DNA of 64,000 bases from Azolla caroliniana (taxonomy: Eukaryota; Plantae; Polypodiophyta), in assembly GCA_043228905.1 (NCBI GenBank), contig JBHGNT010000020.1, positions 6,820,001 through 6,884,000 on the forward strand, read 5' to 3'. The position numbers and the translations under genes were made by a program. Positions 23,357-36,478 of this stretch are shown one piece after another (the stretch's first letter is position 1; each line of letters starts with the position of its first letter). The notes under the pieces were generated by a model. That model did not search any database, was not told the DNA's origin, and saw only the letters and a program-made list of their open reading frames with translations.

Positions 23357-23392
23357 ATGCGCAATCCTTCCACTTGTGAACGCGAACGTGTT
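23357..23392 (-). repeat. Right TIR, copy 1
   Basis: ATGCGCAATCCTTCCACTTGTGAACGCGAACGTGTT. Confidence 0.92.
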
Positions 23393-23492
23393 AGTGGTGT
23401 GACTCTTGACTTTTGAGTAATCATGGATTCTCAAAAGGTGTGTTCACATGTTGTGCTATGTTGAGCTTGATTCTCAACACGCCCCCTCAAGC

Positions 23493-26400
23493 TCAACTTG
23501 GGTTGGTATCCAGTTCGGATGATCTCCGGTGTTTGCTCGGTATCCGGTTCTTGCTTGTACTCCCCCTCAAGCTTGGCAAGTCAGGGATCGTCAATCCAAG
23601 GTCTGACATGAATTCCCGAAGCTTGTTGGCTCCTAGGACCTTCGTGAAGATGTCGGTCGTTTGAAGATTTGTATTGATGTGTTGAAGGTCGACATCTCCG
23701 GCTTGAACACGCTCCTGAATGAAGGGATAGTGCACTTCAATATGCTTCGTGTGTGCATGGAACACCGGGTTCCGAGCCAGATAAATATTGCTCATGTTGT
23801 CGTAGTAAAGGGGAGTCAGATCCTTGATGGGAACATCCAGATCCTTCAAAATCCTCTTGAGCCATACAACTTCACATGCAGCTATAGCTATGCCCCTGTA
23901 TTCCACCTCTGTACTCGAAAGAGCGACGATAGGCTGCTTCTTGCTACTCCACGAAATCGCTCCACTGCCTAGGGAGAAGACGAATCCGGAGGTCGATCAT
24001 CGATCGGCTTTGTAGCCTGCCCAGTCTGCGTCTGTGTACCCTTCGAGTCATATTGGTGTGTATTGGTGTGGCCGATGCATAGAGAATTCCGTAATCCATT
24101 GTGCCGCTCACGTATCGTAATACTCGCTTAACGCAATCCAAGTGAATGTCGCGTGGTTTTTGCATGAATTGGCTGAGGAGTCCGACTGGATAGCTAAGGT
24201 CGGGTCGAGTGATCGTGAGATAGATGAGGCTCCTAATCAGTTGACGATATTGGGTCGGCTCACACTCATCTGTGCCAGAGTCAGCATCTAGTTTGAGGTT
24301 TCGATCGAGAGGCGTAGCGACCGATTTGTACTCAGTCATCCGGAACTTGTATAACAAGTTGAGAATGTAGTGTCGTTGAGAGATCATAATGCCGGCCGGA
24401 TTTCGAATCACCTCGATGCCTAGGAAGTAGTGTAACTCCTTCATGTTCGTCATCTCGAAATTTTTGGAGAGGAGGGACTTCACCTTGTTGATGTCGACTA
24501 AATGCTCACCTCCAATAACGAGATCATCTACATATAGAATGATGAAAATTGGGCTTTTAGACTCATTTTGTACATAGAGGGAGTTGTACATAGACTCATT
24601 TTGTCTGGATCTCAAGGCCTTCGAACTCACTATCGAGGGAGTGAGTTGATTCGTTGTCGTCGAAGTGCTTGTCTTCATACTCTAGCATTTTCGCCTTCCC
24701 TTTGTCCATCTTCGGACTCAGTCGAGATGTGCTTTGATCGCTCAAAGGCTCTTGTGGTCCGCTCAGTCGAGTCGTGATCGGACTTTCTTCGAACATGCGT
24801 GTAAAATGATCTTCATCCTCTATCTCTTGTTCGGCGGATTCCAGGTCGAGCAGAATCGGAGTCGAAGTTGTCTCTGGTGCGTACCAGGATGCGGACTTGT
24901 AAAAAACGACGTCTTGACTTACTCGAGATTTTCGAGTTGAGGGGTTGTAGCATTTGTACCCCTTTTGCTCCAGTGAGTATCCTACGAGGATACATTTCTC
25001 CGACTTCGGGTCAAGCTTTTGACGCTTCTGGTCGGGGATGTGCACATACGCAATGGAGCCGAATATCCGAACATGCAATATGTCCGGCTTCTTTCCGTAG
25101 AACTTCTCGTGCGGAGTAAGTTCGTGCACACCCGATGTCGTACACCAATTCATGATATAGACGGCCGTGTTAGCTACTTCCGCCCAATACGATTTTGGCA
25201 TATGGTTTTCGTTAAGCATAGCCCGTGCCACTTCGAGGATGTGCCGATTCTTGCGTTTGGCCACTCTGTTTTGTTGCAGCATATGTCGACATGAAAACTC
25301 TCGCCGTATTCCTTTTTTTCCGTAGAAACGCCGAAATTTCGTTGGAGAAGTACTCCTTGCCTCCATCCGACCGAAGACATCGTACATTCTTGAATTTTTG
25401 AATTTTTGGAAGTGTCCGAACACTTCACTCTTTTGCCGCATCGGGTAGATCCAAGTGTGTCTAGAGAAGTCGTCGATGAAGGTCATGTAGTATTGGCTTC
25501 CGCCGAATGTCCCCATTTGAGCCGGACCCCATACATCGGAATGAATTACGTCGAGTACGCCTTTGCTCACGTTCCGCTCCTTCGGAAATGGGTGCCGATA
25601 TTGCTTGCCGAATTGGCAAGCGGCACACACGCCTTCAATCTCTTTCTCCGTGAATGTCGGGAGCCCGATGACAACTCCTTTCGATTGCATTGCCTTGAGC
25701 TTTTGGAGGTTGATATGGCCAATCCGCTTGTGCCATAACTCTATGTCAGAATCGGCTTTCACACCCTTTGCGAACATGGCCGATTTCATCTTGTGTGAGT
25801 CGAGGATGAACATTCGGCCCTCTCTTCGTCCGCATGCGATGAGTCGGCCCTCTTTTTCGATGAAGCAACCGCCTTGATTAAATCGTACTTGTATTCCTTG
25901 CTCTACAATTAGGCCAACGGAGACCAAATTCTTCGTGATAGTTGGTACATGCAAGACATTTTTAATATAAGTTTGCTTACCTTCTTCTCCGAATAGAACA
26001 TTACCAATGTGCCGAATCAGGTGCATAGTATCGTCTCCGGTTTCGACATAGCTGGGTCGGTCCGGCTCTCGAAGTTCTCGGAACCATTCTTGATGTGACG
26101 TCATATGGTTCGAGGCACTGGAATCGACGAACCATGCGTCTTCCGGACCGGAGGCATTAGTAGAGGTAGAGGCCAACATAGACTTCGCTCTATGTCTCAT
26201 CACAAACATTCCGCCGCGATCGTCATAATCGGAGTTGATGGCATAGTTGGTGAGTTGTCGGCTAGTTGAAGCCGACTTGTGTATCTTCTTAGTACGACAT
26301 TCTTCTTCGTGGTGGCCAATTTTTCCGCAATATCCGCATTCGAACGAGCTTTGTCGGTTCAAACCGGAATGGAAGCTCCCCCTTCTTCCGAAGGTTCCTT

Positions 26401-27603
26401 GATGGCTTCTGTCTTGATGCTGAAATTGCGAGTTGTTTTTGTAAATCGGGCGTTGTCCACCTCGTCTGCCACGTCCTTGGCCGAATCGGCCTCTTCTTGC
26501 ACGGCCGCGTCCTCTTCCTCCGTCTGAATGCATGTACAGCATATGCTCCTCGTTCGAACATGATTCTCTTCGACCAACAACATGGATTGAAGATCAAAGA
26601 AGGAGGGTGAATTCTCCCGTGCTTGTACGGCGGTTCGCATCGCGCTCAATTGTGGTGCAAGGCTACCGAAACATACTTGCACCATATCGTCATCCTTCAC
26701 ATTTACGCTTATCGAGCCAAGAGAATCACGAAGCTCCTTGATCTTCAAGGTGTAGCTCGTGACGGACATATCCCTTTGTTGGATATTATTCAACTCTTGG
26801 CGGAGTTGAAGCTTCCTCGCGGTCGTGTTGGCGGCAAAAATCTTTCGTAGATTCTCCCATGCTTCCTTCGGCGTCTTGGCTTCTCAAATATACCCGAGCA
26901 TGTGGTCGTGAACACATGTCGGCAAGCAATACATCACTCGGCTTGCCGGTTGCTCCCATGTTTGTTATGTACACATAACGTTGGTGAGGGTAGGTCACTA
27001 ATATTTACATTAGTGAAGGGTATGTTCACTATTATTAAAAAGGGGACTAATGATTGGATAGAATGAATGATATGTGCATGCACTATCATGATTTAGACAA
27101 CCAATGAATAGAGAGCCTTTTAGAAAGGCACATCTATTCAAGGGGCCTAGGAAAAGGTATAAATATGAGGCTTAGCTACCCTCATAGGGATCATCACGTC
27201 GGAAGGCTGCTGTCGTAGACACCGGTGGTGCGGGCTAGGCTTTCGTCTCGACGATCGTGTTTATCTCTTCCAAGGTATTAGTCATCCTAATATCCGGCGG
27301 TATGGGACGTCGGTGGTAGGTTGGCTATGTCTAGATCATAGCTCGGGGGTGGTGGGGTGGAACGGGTTCTTCTATCCAATCTATTTTCTTCCTTTTTACT
27401 TGATTTGGTCTATTGATTAGTAATAGACTCTTAACAATGTTGCATAGTCGACATCTTCCGGCTCGGGCCGATTTTCTTGTGCTCCTTTGATGTAGCTCCA
27501 ATAGCCTTGGCCGACAAGGTATTAGTGCATCTTGTACTCCCAAGATGCAAAGTTGTTGCGATCCAACTTCTCGCTAGGGAGAGCGCTCCCCATTTGAGTA
27601 TTC
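23493..27603 (-). pseudogene. pol: Copia gag-pol (gag, knuckle, PR, INT, partial RT, RNase H), frameshifted and internally deleted
   Basis: CGYCGKIGHHEEEC, WFVDSSASNH, WHKRIGH..CAAC, HSDVWGP, ILYVDDL, TKHIEVHY. Confidence 0.9.
26963..27436. mobile_element. Solo LTR (474 bp) inserted in copia gag
   Basis: TGTTA...TAACA; 5-bp TSD ATGTT (26958-26962, 27437-27441). Confidence 0.85.
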
Positions 27604-27777
27604 ATTGTCGATGTAGATTTCTTCCTTCTTTTCTTTTCCGTCTTTCTCAAACACGAGCTATGTAGTCGCACTACGATAACGATGAGCCGGTTCTTCTTGA
27701 ACGTCGGCATAGAGCACAACACACGATCACGATGAGGCGAGTGGGTTAGATCGAGCTACCAAATCACTTTGATACCA

Positions 27778-28223
27778 TGTAAAGAATCGGATATGATTCT
27801 TGTGTAGTGGAAGAGATGTGTGTTATGTATATGTGTGAGAGGAATTAGAGAAGAGAATAGAAACACAAGATAGATAAGCTAGAAAAATGAAAATACTCAA
27901 GAAGAAGATGTATATTCACAAGAAGAATGAGAAATGAAAATGTAGCATAACAAGGAATCACAACCGACTTAGTATGAAGTATGAGGAGGGTGCTTTATAT
28001 AGAGTCACCCTCTCTCTTCATTAACTCTACAACAAACACTCTCTCTATTGGGGAATGTGAAGACTCATAGTCATGGGGAATATGTAACTCATTAGTTATG
28101 TGTCATAGAATATGATTCTATGACACATAGTTAATGTGTAGAGAGTAGTGGTGTGACTCTTGACTTTTGAGTAATCATGGATTCTCAAAAGGTGTGTTCA
28201 CATGTTGAGCTTGATTCTCAACA
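27778..28223 (-). repeat. Copia 5' LTR
   Basis: Near-identical to 14241-14619 plus 23397-23479. Confidence 0.9.
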
Positions 28224-28680
28224 GGTGGAAAATAAGAGCTCCCATAGAGACTACGGAGAATCTATTCAAAGCATATCCCAGTGTGAAATACTCAAGAAGA
28301 AGATGTATATTCACAAGAAGAATGAGAAATGAAAATGTAGCATAACAAGGAATCACAACCGACTTAGTATGAAGTATGAGGAGGGTGCTTTATATAGAGT
28401 CACCCTCTCTCTTCATTAACTCTACAACAAACACTCTCTCTATTGGGGAATGTGAAGACTCATAGTCATGGGGAATATGTAACTCATTAGTTATGTGTCA
28501 TAGAATATGATTCTATGACACATAGTTAATGTGTAGAGAGTAGTGGTGTGACTCTTGACTTTTGAGTAATCATGGATTCTCAAAAGGTGTGTTCACATGT
28601 TGAGCTTGATTCTCAACAGGTGGAAAATAAGAGCTCCCATAGAGACTACGGAGAATCTATTCAAAGCATATCCCAATGTG
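27889..28680. repeat. 395-bp tandem duplication spanning the copia LTR/gypsy junction
   Basis: AAATACTCAAG at 27891 and 28286; junction CAACA-GGTGG present twice. Confidence 0.88.
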
Positions 28681-28980
28681 AAGGTAACAATTGGAGATGC
28701 GTCGGTCAATCAAAATTTCTTTGTGCAGGATCGATCAACCTACTCAGCAATAAATCACCACAATATGGATGCAAACAAAGGTGATTGATGATGGTTCGGC
28801 TTTCGCAAGAATCAAGAGTCAAGATGGAAGAAAGATTGTCCAATTCTTAGCCATGAGGCTGAATCATGAAAGAAATAAAGCATGCTTGAGGGAACATCCG
28901 GTTCGAAAAGGGAATGAAGAGTTTTTCCAAGATTTTGGATGAACTTTGCACAACCAATGTGAAAGTTCAGAGGGGCTAGG

Positions 28981-29687
28981 TGTCGTGAATGATTTTGCTT
29001 CACGATATAAAAAAAAACTTGAATATTGCATTGAGTAACATTTGAGAGACTTGAACCCATAACCTCATATATGAGGTGCAAAGAATATACCACTAATCTT
29101 GGTTTATTTATTTTTGTAATTATATTTCCGTCATTGTAGTTATCCTATGTCTATTTTCATACATGAGAGCTCAAATGAGCGAGATGTCTATCATGCATCA
29201 CATGTAATGCATGTATGCCAAATGATGATCATGCATCACATGCGTTTCATGTATTGCATGCATGTCTTGTACCCTCACATGCATTGTATGCATGGGGGCA
29301 CCTATAAAAAGACAGGAAACAAATGAGGGAGGAGGCCAATCAATTAAGAAAAAAGTTAAGAAAGCAAATAATTTAACACAATCAAAGAAGCTAGCTCATC
29401 CGGGGAAGTGTCTTGTTTCTTAGAGTTGAAGTTTGAGGAGAATAGCGTAGAATATTGCTCGGCCACAACCGAGTCTTGAATCACAAAAATGGGAATGAAA
29501 CACAGAAACGAGAAGTAGAGAGTACACAGAATATTTACATGGAAAACCCTAATAGGGAAAAACCACGAAAGCCCACGGACTCCAACTATCACTATATGAG
29601 AGGAAATACAAAGTGGAGACACAAAGGCAACGACCTCATGCTCGCGATCTTCGCCTGACGGTGGTTACAACAGAAAGTGCTCATAGT

Positions 29688-29719
<32 letters not shown>

Positions 29720-30288
29720 ATAGAATACTTATGCCTACAACAATATGACAACAACCACACAACTTCAAAGTGATTGCCCTAAGTCATAGTTATATTTTTA
29801 TGAACTTAGGGTTATTTACAAATATGTCTTCTCTTCCGGTTGTCACCAGGTCTCCTCCGGTTTCCGGATCTCTTTTGGTTCTCACCGGATCCATCCGTTC
29901 CCGTTTCCGGATCTCTTCCGGTTCTCACCGGGTCCTCTTCATTCATAACCGGATCCCATCCAGAGGGACCAATTTCCCAACAAAGTTGAGGGTTCAAATC
30001 CATAGTTGGTAGAGAAAGGTTTCATTTCTATGATTAGGCATTGTAAAATTGGTAAAATTTTGGATTTTTAATATGATACATATTCTTATCATATTTTCTT
30101 GCCACTTCAATCATACATTGTCTCTATCTCTCATCCTTGCTCGTCTCTCTTGCACATTATTTTTAACTCTTATTCCTTCTATCCTTAATCTTTGTGTTAT
30201 CGCCGCACAAACCTTATAAATATTTGCTCGAACTCCCCTTAACCTTAGTCCCTGTGACTTCGATGCACGAACCACAACTACCTCGACA
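28981..30288 (+). repeat. Gypsy 3' LTR, split by a copia solo LTR
   Basis: Matches 11796-12550. Confidence 0.85.
29434..29982 (-). mobile_element. Copia solo LTR (549 bp)
   Basis: TG...CA; 5-bp TSD AAGTT (29429-29433, 29983-29987); same family as 7148-10106. Confidence 0.88.
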
Positions 30289-33200
30289 TCATGCCGCGGA
30301 CTTTCCATCCCACCATAGTCGATGTTTATTTACAGGGGCCTCCACATCTCGCTCGCGTGTACACGACCGTTCCAAAGGTACACTACGTTGTTCTTAAGAG
30401 CATCGGTAAAATCGGCGCACTCTCTCCGAATGTGGCCGACAACATCGCACCACATGCACCTCTAGTCATTCGGAGGGAGTGAGTAAAGCGATTGACCCTG
30501 ACTTCCCTTTGAGCTTGAGCGATCTGGAGATCGTGCACCATCTTCGTCACCTCTTCCAGAGCTACATCACTGGATGGTCCCTCGACCACGTTGGTCAAAA
30601 TTGAACCCGACTCGAGGCGCCTTCTTGTCTCGTCTGACCAAGTCGAAAACTCCTCCGACCTCTTCTCGGCGGACGAGAACCCCGCTTCATTCCATTCACG
30701 TCGTTTATCAAAATGGCTACAAACCCTTTTAACCACTGGCCAATCAGTCGTGAGCCCTTCATCCATCTCTAAGAGGAAACCTACCTTCTCCTAATGGAGT
30801 GGGTCGACCGACTTGATAAATAGCAAGACCTTGGTCGTATCGAACACGGTCCAGTCTAGTGCCAAAAGTCGTGTGAATTGGAGAAGTGTCAATGTATTAT
30901 GACCTTTGCCCGGGAGCTCCAACCACTCTATGAGCTCCCTCTTCAACAACCAGAGCGAGTCTTCAATGCCATACCTCTAGAGGATTAGCTCCTCGAACTC
31001 CGCCTAGTTACAACAGTTGGCTTGTATTTCAAGCACCTCTGTATGGATGCTTGACATGACAACTCGGGTAAATCCGGACAGGCGCCTGTCCTCCGAGATG
31101 TCCCGCATCAGCATTTCGGCCTTATAGGCCTCCAAGTAGCCCGTTACGTCCTTACCATTAAATCGACCTATCGTGTCGACTATCGTTTCGATGGCCCAAC
31201 CGAGACCACTCGTGCTTTCCTAAGCATTCACCAAGCGATCGACAGCCACCACCATCGCATCGGCAAGCTTGCTTCCCCTCATCTCGAACTCCGTTGCTGC
31301 CCTTTTAATGTCGGTTTCACCAAAGATGTCGCGGGATTTCCACATGTATGTGTCGGTACGGGGCGGGACCATTGGGGCTTGAATGAAGGAGCCGATAAGG
31401 AGAGTGGGAAATGATTATCCGGATCGATCTTCGGATAATTTCACTGTCACACAAGTTAGTATGTAACTGATCTAGACCAGTCACGGGATGCCAAATGATG
31501 AGCACACGGGCTTAGGCACGTATGTTATTCCGAACGATGAGTACACGGGCTCGAACACTTTGTTATGCACGCAAGAGGAAGGGAACAAAGATGATGATAC
31601 AAACAAAAATAGAAAGACCCAGGGGATCCAGGAGCTACAAAGTAATCGATTAACTTGAAATAATACATAGTAAAATCGGACTTGACCGGCAATAGAGCTT
31701 TGTGCGCTCCATGCACACATACAAAGATCCTAGTGAGCCTCTAGTTGGGAGCACACAGACTTCCAACGTTGCCTCGTAGTACAATGACCGACAAAAAGCA
31801 AGAAACGAGTAGCCAACTCGACAATCCAACAGAGCTTGTGCCTCCTAAACAATGGATCCCTTTAATGGTCTCTCTCGTCTCCTTTTATAAACCCAAGGAG
31901 AGGAGAATCGGTGTTATATCAGCCATTTAAGACAACTGATTCTGTCAGTGATTCTTCCCCTCGTTTTCCTCCCTACACATGTTTCATTCTCTCTTTTTGT
32001 GGGACATTAAAGTACCCATCTAAATCATACAACTAGTACTTATTATATTTCGATATTTACATTTGTTCTTAATATATACATAGGCTTCATTTGTGTGCAT
32101 CCTTGCACACCCCCATTCACACTCATCTGGCTCCCCTTTCCTCCTATGGCCAGAATCCTTCACAACATCGTGCTTGGAACGCGAAGATCACGCAACGACT
32201 GCGTCATATTGGGTTTGCTACGTCGAAATCGAACTCTTCACTATTCATCCCACAAGGTCGGCATGGGCCGGTAAGTATTCTACTCTATGTTGATGATCTA
32301 GTCATCGCCGACACCAACCTAGAGGAGATCGGCCATGTAAACACCCAACTAACCACGCCATTTGACATGAAGGATCTAGGGGACCTTCATTACTTCCTCG
32401 GGATCGAAGTGATCCGCACCCCGGACGACATACTCATTAGTCAACATCACTATGTTTTGAGTATGCTCTTCAAGTTTAGAATGATAGATTGCAAATCCAT
32501 TGCAACTCCTCTTGATAGAAATGTCAAGTTCTGCCCTGAATCTGGAATGACATGCGACCTGACACGGTTCAGACAAATTGTTGAAAGCCTTATCTATTTG
32601 ACAATCACTCGGCCTAACCTCAGCTATCCGGTTAGCTTGATTAGTCAGTTTATGTTGCAACCGACCACAACACAGCTTTAGTGCGCACAAAGGATCTTAC
32701 GATATGTGCGCCGCATGAAGGATCGGGGATTGTTGTACCGTCACGGCATAGCCGAACAACTGATTGGTTATACTGATGTTGATTGGGCCAGAGACGCCAC
32801 GGATTGCTGGTCGACATCAGGGTTCACATTCTCTCTTGGGAGCGCGGCGATAGCGTGGAGTAGCAAGAAGCAACTGACAGTGTCCCTGTCGAGTAGCGAG
32901 GCTGAATACCGAGGAGCCACCGTCGCTACGTGTGAGGCAATATGGCTCAAGAAACTGTTACAAGACTTACGAGACAAAGTTACCGATTCGATCCCGATCT
33001 ACTATGACAACATCAGTAGCATGCAGCTAGCAAAGAACCTTGTGTTCCATGCTCGCACCAAGCACATAGAAGTACACTATCACTTTGTGCGTGAATGGGT
33101 CCTAAGCGATGAGAACACATTCGCGTTCACAAGTGGAAGGATTGCGCATAACTGGAAGGATAAGGAATATTTTGGTTGATTTTAGGGCTTTTTCAATGAT

Positions 33201-33448
33201 TTTACAAAACACATTGATACTAGTATCATACATGTTCAAATATACAATGAAAAAGGTTAAAAATCCACTATTTTCATGATTTAGAAGGAAATAAAAAAAG
33301 AGGAATTTCAAAAAGTTACATTCTCAATTTATATCACAAACTTTACAACCAATGTTATTTTATATTAAACGATTTTTTAGAAATCATAAGAATTCAAAAC
33401 ACATGCTTTTATATTACTCGATTTGTTACAAGCGGAATGTAGTTACAC

Positions 33449-35571
33449 TTAATAGCCAAAAATACAATCATGATCACTCCTTTCCGGAGAATCACTACTA
33501 TAACTAATATACAATGACGATTCCTCCTCATCATCCTCTGATGTACCAATTAGGGCAGTATCTTTGTCATAAACCAAATAGTTTAACTCTAGATTATATG
33601 TAGCAGATCTCGTTTGCCTTCGACTCAAGCCACCTTGTAGACCTGGTAATTTTTCTTTTATTATATCTATTGTTGACTTCCTTAATCGTCCGGCTTTTGT
33701 AAGCGTGAAGTCGTACACAATGATATCCACATCAGAGATATCAAGGGTCGAGGTGTTACGAATGTTTCGCTTCCTCTTCCTACCTCCTCTTGTTGTTGGG
33801 CATTCAATCATCTCCAATGTATACTTAGTTGTAAAAGCATTTGCACTTCTAGTGTTGTACCACTTATTTCATTTTTCTTTATCATAAAAATGTGATTGAA
33901 GCTTATATTGTTTAACTTGGCGAGCACTTTAACATTCCCAACACCCCCATCTGATATATATCTCTTAAAGTCATATACCTCCTTCAAGTGTAACACTTTT
34001 GGGCATGGTGTATATGCATCACAAATGACATCAAATAGTTTAGGTAATGTGAAAGCATCATGCCGAGACAACTGTCTAGAGAATGTGCTAAACATCTTAT
34101 CTATATGATCATGTGTGTGGCCAACCAAAAGAAAATTGACTTTCACTTTTCTAAACAATCCTTGGTTGACCAACATACTTAGATAGCCAAATACAGTTGA
34201 ATTTTTGTTATCTCTAGCAGTATTGTCCAATTGAATGTATAGAACAGGGGGGAACGATTGGCCCCAAGACATCAAAACTCGGTGAATCACTGTAAATGTT
34301 AGGTTAGGGTCATTGTGAACATTGGGGTATGTAATGAAGACGTGAGATCCAACTGACCTATTATAAGCCAAGCATCCCACCAGGTGCATTTGAACAAGGC
34401 ACTCATCATTGACGTGTTTGGGGAGCCTTCGCATATGCGGCAAACACGTCTTCTTCTGGTCCATGCCATCTATCATTAAGCACATGTATTGTTCGGGCCT
34501 CTTCAAACACTTCTCTCTATGATGCATCGCCTTCTTTCGTTCTAACGATTGTGCATCATGATGCTCATGTAGTAACTTCTTACTCATATCCTTGTCTATT
34601 GATGTTTTTGCACCTTTAGCCAAACTTTTAAGATTTGCACAAATGGAGCAATACCCCATGCATACTTTACGTGGAATGATAACATTTGAAAACCGAGCTC
34701 TCCATAATCTTGTGAATTGGCTATATGTGACAGACTTATTACGTGAGCCCACCATATCAGATCGATAAACATCATAAACTTCTCGATGTGTGTAATTATC
34801 AGAGAGGTGCATCCTACCTATAGTGGGAATTACTTCACAATTTAACTGAAAGTAACTTTTCATCCAACCAATAACATGTCTTCCAATTGCACCTTTCATA
34901 CTTGGAACCTCTTTACAATTGAGCATATGATCCCCGCTAAGTAGACGTTGTTGTACTCTATGTAGCCGCATGTTACTAACACATAACACAAATTTGAATG
35001 CAACTCTACATATTTGTTGCACATGGAAGATATAATACTCGAATGATACTTTGATCCCCGTACATTTGTCAGACACTAGTTGCATATGTGACCCGAGGTA
35101 AGTGTCTTGCTCATCACTAGTCATTGAAAAATAGTATCACCTTAATTCTTGCAACTTTGATTTTCCAATCATAGACATACAACCAAGGGCACAACATATT
35201 TTTTTGATATCAAATCCAATCTTCTTATCTGATGTCACCAAGTTAAATCTAGCCAAACGAATTCTTTGTGGGATTCTTCTAATATGCATAGGGCTTCCAG
35301 ATTTCTCTTCCTGCATAGAAGTTGGTGTAACCTTGTTACTATCCAATTCTTTGTTGTGACCATCGCCCATGATATTCGATGTTTTATTGGCACTACCTTC
35401 ATTCTCCGTATCTTTATTAATATTGTATTCTTCAATAGAGAACTCTTCACATGTGTCATTATTCACAGGCGTTGTAGGTGAAGATGAGCTCAGACAATAT
35501 TCTTCGATAGAAAACGAAGAGTCTGATGACAAACAATATTCTTCAATCGAGAACAGTGAGTCTTCACTCAT
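33449..35571 (-). pseudogene. Sola-like transposase pseudogene
   Basis: Colinear with 14978-17758; CGA>TGA stop at 35137-35139; 619-bp deletion between ACCA microhomologies (junction 33859-33862). Confidence 0.9.
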
Positions 35572-36245
35572 GGCTTAAGGTTCACACAGAGCTCTTTAAG
35601 TTATGTGCTTAGGCTAACATAAAAAACTGATAAGCTCCTCTCTAAACATATACTCCTCTCTAAACATATACTCCTCTCTAAACATAAACTCCTCTTTAAA
35701 CAAAAGCTCCCTCAATATAATGTCTATATTATTTAATATTATATTAATACAATAAATAAAGATATTATTTTTAATATAATAATTGTATTCAACATATTAA
35801 TAATTACTTAAACTAGTCTATATAAAGTTAAACAAAGTATAATATAAATACAATCATTACCAAGCCACATATATGTTGGATTAAAGTTAAAATCATTGGT
35901 TAATTAATGGCACCCATATTTAATATAGAACTTCTCAGTCATTGGTTCATTCATGGCCACATCTTTACTATAAATCAATTAAGAGTCATAAAAATGTTTC
36001 TTTGAGTATTCAATCATTGGTTCATTCATGAACCTTTTATCATTGATTCCTTCATGACCTTCAAAGTCATTGTATGTAAGTGTGACTATAAAATAATCAT
36101 TATTATGTTAGTTTGACTATTTAATCATTGATGCATTCATAAGCATCATTTATTTCAAATCCATTAGAGAGTGATTGGTACACTCAAGATTAGGTACTAA
36201 ATAAAGTAACTTTGGTTAAAGTGATTGTGGTTACTAACTAACTAA

Positions 36246-36478
36246 TCGAGCGTTCCTGTGTAAAGTATGTGTTCTATAAAGGAACTCGATACGGAGTATC
36301 GAGTTCCTGTTTAAAGTTTATGTTTTGCACATGAACTCGATACGTCGTATCGAGTTCCTGTGTAAAGTATGTGTAACTCGATACCCTGTATCGAGTTCCT
36401 GTAGAAACACTAACTTTATACAGGAACTCGATACGACGTATTGAGTTACTATATAAAACACAAAATTTAAACAGGAAT
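36246..36478. repeat. Shorter, degenerate palindrome array (~4 copies)
   Basis: AACTCGATAC-NNN-GTAT(C/T)GAGTT at ~36282, 36333, 36374 and 36424. Confidence 0.85.

Larger units (their letters stand above)
14620..23392. mobile_element. Sola-like DDD DNA transposon, copy 1 (8773 bp), carrying a ParB-methyltransferase gene
   Basis: 36-bp TIRs with 1 mismatch; 4-bp TSD AGTG (14616-14619, 23393-23396); empty site GAGAGTAGTGGTGTG seen in the sister LTR at 28141. Confidence 0.93.
14241..28223 (-). mobile_element. Ty1/copia retrotransposon, degenerate, with nested insertions
   Basis: 5-bp TSD GGTGG (14236-14240, 28224-28228); 3' LTR 14241-23479 (split by the Sola-like element); 5' LTR 27778-28223; PBS TGGTATCAAAG; PPT TTGAGGGGGCG. 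Confidence 0.92.
11796..30288 (+). mobile_element. Non-autonomous gypsy element (gag-protease only) carrying nested copia, Sola-like and solo-LTR insertions
   Basis: LTRs 11796-12550 and 28981-30288; PBS TGGTGAACCCGATGTG; PPT AGAGGGGCTAGG; probable 4-bp TSD TCGT/TCAT; no RT or integrase. Confidence 0.85.
10107..32167 (-). mobile_element. Truncated gypsy element (tRNA-Trp PBS family) hosting the nested insertions; own sequence 10107-11795 and 30289-32167
   Basis: 5' LTR 31327-32167 (TGTTGTGAAGGATT on minus); PBS TGGTGAAACCGAC; gag/protease/pol-start fragments homologous to 48314-52250; colinear across the 11796-30288 insertion. Confidence 0.75.
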
